From the NCBI GenBank assembly GCA_021779915.1, contig JAJXZR010000008.1, positions 1-58,562 on the forward strand: DNA of 58,562 bases. Reading direction: 5' to 3'. Numbering within the stretch: the first letter of the stretch is position 1; each line of letters starts with the position of its first letter. The stretch comes from a bacterium (GTDB lineage: Bacteria > Patescibacteriota > Minisyncoccia > CAIUEV01). Under the pieces are notes generated by a model. That model was not told the origin of the DNA. It searched no databases and was given only the letters and a program-made list of their open reading frames with translations. Shown here piece after piece: positions 1 through 7,548 of the stretch. Both the position numbers and the translations under genes were made by a program.

Positions 1-2
1 AG

Positions 3-734
3 ATAAAACAAAAACTAGATGAGATAGGCGCGAAAGATGCTTCGGTTCAAACTACTGGTGATCAAGGCATCATCATCAAAGCACCGGAAATGAACGAAGA
101 TCAACATCAAAAAATACTCTCTGCCATTAAATCAACCGGGGATGGAGAAGAAAAAAGATTTGATTCAATTGGACCGACAATTGGAAAAGAACTGCGTAGA
201 ACTTCTTTTTATGCCACAATGATCGTTTTGATTTTTATCGTTTTGTATGTCAGCTGGGCCTTCCGCAAGGTAACCCGTTTTGGAAATGTTAATGCTTGGA
301 CCTATGGTCTTGCCACTGTTATTGCTCTAGTACACGATATTACTCTTTTAGTTGGAGCCTTCGTAGTTTTAGGACACTTCTTTCAAATCGAAGTCGATAC
401 CCCTTTTGTTGCAGCACTTTTGACAACCTTGGGATATTCGGTTAATGACACTATTGTAGTTTTTGACAGAATCAGAGAAAATTTGCTCAAAGGTAAGGAA
501 GGAGAGACCTTTGAATACATTGCCGAGAAAAGTATCAATGAAACACTGGCTCGCTCCTTTAATACCTCGTTTACGGCTATTCTGACTCTTTTTGCCATAT
601 TGCTCTTTGGTGGTGAAACCATCCATTATTTTGTTTTAGCCTTGATTATCGGTATCACTTCCGGGACATACTCTTCGATTTTCATAGCAAGTCCGCTACT
701 CGTTTGGTGGGAGAAGAGAAACAACAGTTTATAG
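3..734 (+). CDS. secF: Protein-export membrane protein SecF (5' end upstream of window)
   Basis: The frame is open from the window edge; the listed ORF 90-734 starts only at the first in-frame ATG. A periplasmic segment is followed by a multi-TM core with FDSIGPTIGKELR and LGYSVNDTIVVFDRIREN, the SecD/SecF family signature. Size and C-terminus fit SecF. Confidence 0.85.
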   Translation: MKQKLDEIGAKDASVQTTGDQGIIIKAPEMNEDQHQKILSAIKSTGDGEEKRFDSIGPTIGKELRRTSFYATMIVLIFIVLYVSWAFRKVTRFGNVNAWTYGLATVIALVHDITLLVGAFVVLGHFFQIEVDTPFVAALLTTLGYSVNDTIVVFDRIRENLLKGKEGETFEYIAEKSINETLARSFNTSFTAILTLFAILLFGGETIHYFVLALIIGITSGTYSSIFIASPLLVWWEKRNNSL

Positions 735-887
735 AATTTTCAATTTCCAATTTTCAATTTCCAAACAATTTTTAATAATTCAATTTCTCAATTTTATAAA
801 CAATATCCACATATTTTTTCGTTTGAAAATTAGAGAATTAAAAAATTGAAAATTTATTGAAAATTGAAAATTGGAAATTGAAAATTA
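734..887. repeat. Intergenic foldback palindrome with arms built from A/T-rich words (GAATTTTCAATTTCC...)
   Basis: The left arm gaattttcaatttccaattttcaatttcc is complementary to the right arm gaaaattggaaattgaaaatt. It starts directly at the secF stop codon. It shares arm words and centre-flanking motifs with 5334-5500 and 22441-22629. Confidence 0.8.
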
Positions 888-896
888 ATATCATCC

Positions 897-1472
897 ATGT
901 TTAACAAAAAAATTTTTTCCATCCGTTTTCATGGTTATGGAGGACAAGGGGTGAAAAGCATGGCTTCTATTTTGGCTACCTCCGCTATACAAAACGATAT
1001 GTTCGCTCAAGCGTTTCCAGAATTCGGACCCGAAAGAAGGGGAGCTCCCGTCAAAGCATATGCCAGATTCTCCCTTAACCCCATTCTTTCCAGATCGAGC
1101 ATTAAAAAGCCTGATTTGGTCGTTGTAATGAATGAAAACTTGTTAAATCTGGACGATGTTAGAGAAGGAACAGGGGTTAGAACTATTTTTCTTGTAAATA
1201 CCACTTTGTTTCCCAACGAGCTAAAGCAAAAATATTCTCTTATTCCTGAGTATCGACTAATCCACTGTATAAATTTGCCCGATCGCTTGATTGATTTTGA
1301 CAACAAGGTTCACCCCAGCATTCCCGTCTTAGGAGAAATCATAAAAATAACCGGCATTGCTCCCATTGAAGAGGTAAAGCTTGTCCTCCGGCAAGAATTC
1401 CTGAAAAAAATCGGGGAAGAAAAGACAAAAGCCACAGAAAAGGCGTTAGAAGAGAGCTATTATAATTTTTAA
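897..1472 (+). CDS. porG: Pyruvate/2-oxoacid:ferredoxin oxidoreductase gamma subunit (stand-alone)
   Basis: IRFHGYGGQGVKS...AFPEFGPERRGAPVKAY matches the N-terminal signature of PorG/KorC-type gamma subunits (IRFHGRGGQG...FGVERRGAPV). No alpha, beta or delta subunit gene is in the window. Confidence 0.7.
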   Translation: MFNKKIFSIRFHGYGGQGVKSMASILATSAIQNDMFAQAFPEFGPERRGAPVKAYARFSLNPILSRSSIKKPDLVVVMNENLLNLDDVREGTGVRTIFLVNTTLFPNELKQKYSLIPEYRLIHCINLPDRLIDFDNKVHPSIPVLGEIIKITGIAPIEEVKLVLRQEFLKKIGEEKTKATEKALEESYYNF

Positions 1473-1572
1473 ATTTTTGTAATTTTTAAATTTTGTAAAT
1501 AAATCTAAATTTTGAATGTTTGAAAATTAAGAAATTATTTAAAAATTACAAAATTACAAAAATTTAAAAATT
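1464..1572. repeat. Intergenic foldback palindrome (words AATTTTTAAA / TTTTGTAA)
   Basis: aatttttaaatttttgtaatttttaaattttgtaaat is near-complementary to atttaaaaattacaaaattacaaaaatttaaaaatt. The left arm overlaps the porG stop codon. Confidence 0.75.
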
Positions 1573-1588
1573 ATCCCTTAATCTCCTT

Positions 1589-3313
1589 ATGCTAAAAAGA
1601 TTTTTACGAAAAAAAAGAGGCAGAAATCCGGAAAAGTTTTGGAAGTTTATCGCTGTGATAATACTATTTCTTGTTTCATTGACCATTGCCCTTCCAGGTC
1701 TTCCTTATTTCAAGGTTGGCTCTTTGGCAATCGGAAAGAAGATCAGTGAAATGAAAATAAGACTAGGACTAGATCTTCAGGGAGGAACTTATCTTGTCTA
1801 CCGGGCAGAATTAGACCAGCTTAAGCCTAGCGAAAGAACTGAAAGTTTAGACGGGGTGAGAGATGTTATTGAAAGAAGAGTGAATGCCTTTGGAGTAGCA
1901 GAACCAATTATTCAAACCAGCCAGGCTGGGAATGAATACAGACTGGTAGTTGAATTAGCGGGAGTCAACGATGTTGGAAAGGCTATTGCCATGATTGGAG
2001 AAACTCCTACTCTTGATTTTAGAGAGCAAAAAACTCCCGACGATGTGAAATACACGGATGAACAAAAAAAGGAGATTGTCGCTCAAAATGACGCCCAACT
2101 CAAACTCGCCAACCAGGTCTTGGAAGAAGCAAAAAAACCGGGCAGTGATTTTGCTGCTCTAGCCCAAAAATATTCCGAGGATCCAGGTAGCAAGGACAAA
2201 GGTGGAGATTTAGATTTTTTCAAAAAAGGAATGATGGTACCGGAATTCGACGCAGTTGCCTTTAATCCTGACTTCAAAAAAGACACTGTTTGGCCGGAAC
2301 TGGTCAAAACCCAATATGGCTACCATATTCTCAAAAAGACTGATGAAAGAGGAGATGGAGATAATAAGGAGGTAAAAATTTCTCATATTCTTTTTACAAC
2401 TAAAAATGCCGATTATAATGAGAATGCTTTAGCTCAAGACCCCTTCAAGCAAACCGGGCTTACCGGAAAGCAATTGGAAAGAGCGGACGTGATTTTTGAC
2501 CCCAACACCGGCGAGCCCCAAGTGAGTCTGACTTTTAACGGTGAAGGGGCTGATTTGTTCAGGCAAATTACCGAAAGGAATGTAGAAAAAAGAGTTCCTA
2601 TTTTTCTAGATGGTGAGCCAATAACTATGCCGGTTATCCGATCGGTAATTGCCGATGGGAAAGCGGTGATCAGTGGTAATTTCTCAATTGAAGAAGCAAA
2701 AAATTTGCAAAAAAGACTGAATGAAGGGGCTTTACCAGTGCCTATTACACTGATTCAACAACAAAATATCGGAGCCAGCCTCGGCCAAGAATCTCTGGAT
2801 AAAAGCTTGCTCGCTGGTGCTATTGGGTTTATTATTGTAGCGTTTTTTATGATTATTATTTATCGATGGCCTGGGATAGTAGCTGCCATTGCCCTTTTCA
2901 CTTACACTTTAATCCTGGTTTCTATCTTTAAGCTTTCCGGCATTACTCTTTCTCTTTCCGGAATTGCAGGTCTAATTTTATCAATCGGAATCGCAGTAGA
3001 TGCCAATGTACTTATTTTTGAAAGAATCAGGGAAGAGCTCCGAAGGGGAAGAAATAAAAGCTTAGCCATATCCGAAGGTTTCAAAAGAGCCTGGCCGTCT
3101 ATTCGAGATGGAAACGCTTCCACAATTATTACTTGCGTTGTCCTTATTTCTTTTGGAACCGGAATGGTCAAGGGATTCGCTATTTCACTTTTAGTCGGAG
3201 TACTCCTCAGCATGTTTACCGCTATTGTTGTAACCAGGGCTATTCTTGACTTCTTTCTTAAAAACGAGAAGAAAGCAACTTGGTGGTGGGGAGTGAAAGA
3301 TAATGAAAGATAA
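1589..3313 (+). CDS. secD: Protein-export membrane protein SecD with an embedded parvulin-type PPIase-like segment in the periplasmic P1 domain
   Basis: N-terminal TM, then LGLDLQGGTYLVY and RVNAFGVAEPIIQ (SecD P1 base). C-terminal core has GIAVDANVLIFERIREE. Residues encoded at about 2095-2410 read GSDFAALAQKYSEDPGSKDKGGDLDFFKKGMMVPEFDAVAF...TQYGYHILK, closely matching E. coli PpiC ([39 protein letters not shown]...TQFGYHIIK). Confidence 0.85.
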   Translation: MLKRFLRKKRGRNPEKFWKFIAVIILFLVSLTIALPGLPYFKVGSLAIGKKISEMKIRLGLDLQGGTYLVYRAELDQLKPSERTESLDGVRDVIERRVNAFGVAEPIIQTSQAGNEYRLVVELAGVNDVGKAIAMIGETPTLDFREQKTPDDVKYTDEQKKEIVAQNDAQLKLANQVLEEAKKPGSDFAALAQKYSEDPGSKDKGGDLDFFKKGMMVPEFDAVAFNPDFKKDTVWPELVKTQYGYHILKKTDERGDGDNKEVKISHILFTTKNADYNENALAQDPFKQTGLTGKQLERADVIFDPNTGEPQVSLTFNGEGADLFRQITERNVEKRVPIFLDGEPITMPVIRSVIADGKAVISGNFSIEEAKNLQKRLNEGALPVPITLIQQQNIGASLGQESLDKSLLAGAIGFIIVAFFMIIIYRWPGIVAAIALFTYTLILVSIFKLSGITLSLSGIAGLILSIGIAVDANVLIFERIREELRRGRNKSLAISEGFKRAWPSIRDGNASTIITCVVLISFGTGMVKGFAISLLVGVLLSMFTAIVVTRAILDFFLKNEKKATWWWGVKDNER

Positions 3314-3425
3314 TTAAAAATGTAAAATTAAAAATTATGGAGTGAACAAAACTCACACTTAATTAATCGTTGTTTTCAGCGATTCCACAACTTTAAACTT
3401 TTCACTTTTAACTTTAAACTAATTT
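3313..3425. repeat. Intergenic foldback palindrome with GGAG-hairpin-AATTAAT-hairpin core
   Basis: A/T word arms (aaaatgtaaaattaaaaatt / aacttttcacttttaactttaaac) flank the core ggagtgaacaaaactcacacttaattaatcgttgttttcagcgattcc (3339-3386). Confidence 0.6.
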
Positions 3426-3427
3426 CG

Positions 3428-5323
3428 GTGGACAAATTACTCAAAAACCTCGGCACCTTATTCTTAGTCTTCCTTGTTATCTCCGTCCTTTTCGCCTTTT
3501 ACAATTCTCAAACGACGCAAGGCAAACCGGAAGAGATTTCTATTGGCAAATTAGCTGAAGAAATCAATGGAGATCAAGTAAAAAGTGTTGCTGTCGAAGG
3601 CGAACTAGTTAATATAACTCTGAAAGACGACAAAAAACAAAGTTTTACCAAAGAAAAAGAATCCTCCCTTTCTGACACTTTGAAAAACTATGGCGTTCAA
3701 CCAGAAAAACTTCAAACGGTCGACCTTTCCATTCAGGGAAGTAGCGGGGTCACTTTTTGGATAGAAACCATCTTGCCAATACTTCTTCCTTTTGTTTTTA
3801 TTGCTGGGATATTTTGGCTGATGATGCGCCAAGCACAAAAAGGTAATTCTCAAGCCCTTTCATTTGGTCTTTCCAGAGCCAAATGGGATGATCCTAAAAA
3901 AAACAAGAAAAGAACTACTTTTGCCGACGTGGCTGGAGCAGGTGAAGCCAAAGAAGAGCTTAAGGAAGTAGTAGAATTTTTGAAAGAACCACACAAATTT
4001 CATCAACTAGGTGCCAAAATTCCTCGAGGAGTACTCCTTCTCGGACCTCCAGGTTGCGGAAAAACCTTGCTTGCTAGAGCCACTTCCGGAGAAGCAAAAG
4101 TCCCTTTTTATCACATTTCTGGATCAGAATTTGTGGAAATGTTTGTGGGAGTTGGAGCCAGCCGAGTAAGAGATCTTTTCGCTCAAGCCAAAAAAAACAC
4201 CCCCTCGATTGTTTTTGTGGATGAAATTGACGCTGTTGGGCGTCATCGGGGAGCCGGGGTAGGTGGAGGCCACGATGAAAGAGAACAGACTTTAAACCAA
4301 ATCTTGGTTGAGATGGATGGATTCGACCAGAGAGACAACGTAATTGTAATCGCCGCTACCAACCGTCCGGATGTGCTTGATCCTGCTCTTCTTCGACCAG
4401 GTCGGTTCGACAGAAGAGTTGTAATCGACCTTCCTGACATCAAAGACCGTATAGAGATTCTAAAAGTCCACGCTAAGGAAAAACCCATAGCCACAGATGT
4501 TGATCTCAAGGTGATTGCTCAAAGAACCCCGGGTTTTTCCGGGGCGGATCTGGCCAACCTCATCAATGAAGCTGCTATTCTTGCAGCTAGAAAAAACCAA
4601 AAAGAAACCACTATGGATAACTTGCTCAGCTCTATCGAGAAAGTTTTGCTCGGCCCAGAAAGAAAAAACCGTGCTCTTCTCCCAGAAGAAAAATGGATTG
4701 TCGCTGTTCATGAAGCCGGTCACGCCGTCACTTCCCACCTCCTCCCCAACGCTGATCCAGTTCACAAAATTTCCATTATTTCCCGAGGTCAAGCGGGTGG
4801 ATATACTATCAACTTACCAGAAAATGACCGTCATTTCTACAATCTTAATGATTTTATGGATCGCATTGTAGTTCTTCTGGGAGGATTTGTAGCAGAAGAA
4901 GTAGAGTTGGGACAGGTGACCACTGGTGCTTCCAACGACCTTCAGAGAGCCACCAAACTTGCTCGAGAAATTATTACCAAGTATGGAATGAGTAAAGAGA
5001 TGGGACCAATTTTCCTGTCAGGCGACGATGAATGGATTTTTTTGGGTAAGGAAATGAAAGACAGCCGACCTTATTCCGAAGAAACCTCCGCTAAAATCGA
5101 CCAATTGACCCGATCTTACATCGAATCCTGTCTCAAAAAAGCCCGCGAGCTCCTTACTAAAGAAAAACCTAGCCTCCAAAAAATAGCCAAAACCCTCATG
5201 GAAAAGGAAACTTTAGAAAGAGAAGAGTTTGAAAGATTGATGGATGGGAAAGAGATTGAAAAGAAGGAAGAAGTTGTATTGAAAGAGGAAAAGAAAAAAA
5301 TAGTTAAGAAAGTGGAGAAATAG
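3428..5323 (+). CDS. ftsH: ATP-dependent zinc metalloprotease FtsH
   Basis: GTG start and two N-terminal TM segments. Walker [12 protein letters not shown], Walker [10 protein letters not shown], second region of homology [20 protein letters not shown], and zinc site HEAGHAV. Confidence 0.95.
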   Translation: MDKLLKNLGTLFLVFLVISVLFAFYNSQTTQGKPEEISIGKLAEEINGDQVKSVAVEGELVNITLKDDKKQSFTKEKESSLSDTLKNYGVQPEKLQTVDLSIQGSSGVTFWIETILPILLPFVFIAGIFWLMMRQAQKGNSQALSFGLSRAKWDDPKKNKKRTTFADVAGAGEAKEELKEVVEFLKEPHKFHQLGAKIPRGVLLLGPPGCGKTLLARATSGEAKVPFYHISGSEFVEMFVGVGASRVRDLFAQAKKNTPSIVFVDEIDAVGRHRGAGVGGGHDEREQTLNQILVEMDGFDQRDNVIVIAATNRPDVLDPALLRPGRFDRRVVIDLPDIKDRIEILKVHAKEKPIATDVDLKVIAQRTPGFSGADLANLINEAAILAARKNQKETTMDNLLSSIEKVLLGPERKNRALLPEEKWIVAVHEAGHAVTSHLLPNADPVHKISIISRGQAGGYTINLPENDRHFYNLNDFMDRIVVLLGGFVAEEVELGQVTTGASNDLQRATKLAREIITKYGMSKEMGPIFLSGDDEWIFLGKEMKDSRPYSEETSAKIDQLTRSYIESCLKKARELLTKEKPSLQKIAKTLMEKETLEREEFERLMDGKEIEKKEEVVLKEEKKKIVKKVEK

Positions 5324-5333
5324 TTGAGTAGGT

Positions 5334-5500
5334 AGAATTTTCAATTTTCAATTTACAATTTTCAATCAATTTTCAATTACAAAATTTTATAATTTTCAAA
5401 CAAAACTACATATCGTTCTTGCTACTGTATGTTGTAATAATTAGAACACTAGACGGATATTGTTTATAAAATTGAGGAATTGTAAAATTGAAAATTTAAT
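5334..5500. repeat. Intergenic foldback palindrome, same family as 734-887
   Basis: Starts tagaattttcaattttcaattt as at 731. The centre is flanked by aattttcaaac and ggatattgtttataaaatt, the same motifs as at 734-887, but with a 53-nt insert between them. Confidence 0.75.
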
Positions 5501-5504
5501 TACC

Positions 5505-5534
5505 TTGATTTTCGTTTTATCTTTTTTTTATAAA
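5505..5534 (+). promoter_or_regulatory. Candidate sigma70-type promoter TTGATT-N18-TATAAA, duplicated at 24095-24124
   Basis: A 29-nt string ttgattttcgttttatcttttttttataa is identical at 5505-5533 and 24095-24123. Both copies lie about 50-60 nt upstream of a plus-strand gene and are followed by a small hairpin. Confidence 0.45.
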
Positions 5535-5585
5535 AAATTTATCTCTCATTCATTAGACTGCAAGCATAATTATTAATTTAATTCC

Positions 5586-7127
5586 TTGCAGTCTTTTTTT
5601 TGTTTCCAAGGTTCTAAAAAAACCTTTTCATCCCGCTATTTAACATTGCTTGTAATTTTTACGGTAGCTCTTCTAATGCCCTCTTTCGCCCGCTGTGAAA
5701 GCAAAGATTTAGTATTTCTGGAAACGATGCCTAATCCTGACGGAACAGATGGACCAGAAAACGAATATTTTACTCTTTTCAATCAAAAAGATTCCGATGT
5801 TGACTTAACCGGATACAAAATTTGTAATCTGATAAACGACTGCTATGAACCAAAAAACACTATTCCTTCTGGCGGGTGCCTAAAAATATTCCGCAAGGAT
5901 TTTAATTTTACCCTTCACAACGACAAGGAAGAGCTCTCTCTGATTGATAAAGACAACCAAATTATTGACAAAGTTATCACTGGCTCCGCTCCCTCGGGAA
6001 AGGCCTGGGTTTGCCAAAGCGACGGTTGCAAATTCGACAACCCTTCCACAGACTGTAAATATGTTGCGGAAATTCCACCTGCCGAAGTAATTCCAGAAAA
6101 AATCCCAGAAAAAACCGACGAGATACCGATTTCTTCACCTCAAGAAGAAACTTCTGCCACTTCTAAAAGTGTAGTTCCAAAGAACTCAAGCGAAAAAACT
6201 AGCGAAAAGACTTTTGAGATCAGCTCCTCCAATGATTTCGACAAAGCTTTAGAAAAAATCAAAGAAGGTCTCTTAGCTTCCCTGCTTATAAATATCAAAG
6301 GAAGAATCGCCATTCCCAAAGAAGTTTTTTCACCCACTATTTTTTATCTATCCTCTTATGGCAAATTAGTGAAGATCAGCGTTTATTCTTCTGCCCTTTC
6401 TAACACTGACTTTTCTTCCGATGAATCAGTTGAGATTCAAAACGGCTATCTTAAATATCAATCGCAGGCTTTTGTGATTGGCATCGGCAAAAAAACCAAG
6501 ATTGGTAAAATCAATAAAAACCTTTTGTCTAAATCTTCAAAATCCAAAACGACCCCTTTTAGCCTTAAAAAGGCCAAACAACTGGAAGGGAAAAATGTCA
6601 AATTAGAAGGAGAAATATTAGAAAAAAAAGGGGATTATTTCTTCCTTAAAAATACAAAGAATAGCGAGAATGTGACTGTTTATTTTCCCAAACCGCTTTG
6701 GATGAAATACCAAGGGACCAAAGAAGCTGGCAAGGCTTTCCCTGTCTATTTCAAAGACCCTTCCAAAACCTCCGACTTTAAAGGAAGTCTTATGAACTTG
6801 AAAGGTGTCGTAGAATACAAAGAAGGAAGTTCTAGAATCATAGTGCGGGATCTTAAGGAAATCGCTATCCAGAAAAAATCCTTAATTAGTGAAGAAAAAG
6901 CCAAGGAAAAAATTGCAAAAAAAACCGACAATACAAACAAAAACAGTCCTGAGGCAAAAATTTCGCAGCCCAACCAACTTACACCTGCCGTTTTAACTTC
7001 AATCACTAATCCCAACCCTAAAAATACCACTATAACCTTCACTGATCTCGCTCAGAGAATCAGTTGGAAAACAATTTGGCAACTAACTTGGAGAAAAGTA
7101 GTAAATTGGATTGGGAAGTGGTTTTAA
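5586..7127 (+). CDS. Secreted protein with N-terminal lamin-tail-domain (LTD)-like region and Trp-rich C-terminal tail
   Basis: Signal-like N-terminus (KKTFSSRYLTLLVIFTVALLMPSFA). ETMPNPDGTDGPENEYFTLFNQKDSDVDLTGYKI...LHNDKEELSLIDKDNQIID fits the LTD pattern (E..PNP.G.D...E[FY].L.N....V.L.G...L.N.....L.D). S/K-rich linker. Ends ISWKTIWQLTWRKVVNWIGKWF. The TTG start is uncertain. Confidence 0.6.
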   Translation: MQSFFCFQGSKKTFSSRYLTLLVIFTVALLMPSFARCESKDLVFLETMPNPDGTDGPENEYFTLFNQKDSDVDLTGYKICNLINDCYEPKNTIPSGGCLKIFRKDFNFTLHNDKEELSLIDKDNQIIDKVITGSAPSGKAWVCQSDGCKFDNPSTDCKYVAEIPPAEVIPEKIPEKTDEIPISSPQEETSATSKSVVPKNSSEKTSEKTFEISSSNDFDKALEKIKEGLLASLLINIKGRIAIPKEVFSPTIFYLSSYGKLVKISVYSSALSNTDFSSDESVEIQNGYLKYQSQAFVIGIGKKTKIGKINKNLLSKSSKSKTTPFSLKKAKQLEGKNVKLEGEILEKKGDYFFLKNTKNSENVTVYFPKPLWMKYQGTKEAGKAFPVYFKDPSKTSDFKGSLMNLKGVVEYKEGSSRIIVRDLKEIAIQKKSLISEEKAKEKIAKKTDNTNKNSPEAKISQPNQLTPAVLTSITNPNPKNTTITFTDLAQRISWKTIWQLTWRKVVNWIGKWF

Positions 7128-7185
7128 TAAAAATTTTTAATTTCTAATTTTCATAATTTCCAAATGGAGATAAATTCAGAGTCTC

Positions 7186-7285
7186 GTGTCATCCCCTGTA
7201 AAAGTTAACTAATTCGTTGACACTTTATTATTTTAAACATTTTTTGTGTCATCCCGTTGCTCTCTGTGTCATCCCGTTGCTCTCT
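7186..7285 (+). repeat. Array of partial MITE 5' ends (GTGTCATCCC...)
   Basis: gtgtcatcccctg...gttgacac (7186-7223), then gtgtcatcccgttgctctct twice in tandem (7246-7265, 7266-7285), directly abutting the full element at 7286. Confidence 0.8.
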
Positions 7286-7503
7286 GTGTCATCCCGGGCT
7301 TGACCCGGGATCCAGGAGGATGGAAAATTACTCTAATTGACCTAATTATACTAATTTACCTAAAAAAACACCAAATGCCAAACAATAAAATAAAATCTTA
7401 GAAATTGGTTTTTGGGATTTTGTTTAGAATAATTAGGTTAATTAATGCAATTAGAATAATTAACGAGTCTAACCTGGATCCCGGGTCAAGCCCGGGATGA
7501 CAC
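7286..7503. mobile_element. MITE-like element copy A (hairpin-containing terminal inverted repeats, subfamily 1)
   Basis: The left end gtgtcatcccgggcttgacccgggatccaggagg is the exact reverse complement of the right end cctggatcccgggtcaagcccgggatgacac. The interior gaaaattactctaattgacctaattatactaatt... is shared with copies at 48493, 28895 (inverted) and 58496. No ORF. Confidence 0.8.
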
Positions 7504-7548
7504 TTAAAAAACGATCTTCTACAATTTAAAACTTAAATTCTATACCCC

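Noticed and set aside
7286-7503. Looked for target-site duplications flanking each MITE copy.
   Set aside because: The flanks of copies A-F share no consistent direct repeat; at most there is a dinucleotide AC at copy B. The transposition mechanism is left open rather than asserted.
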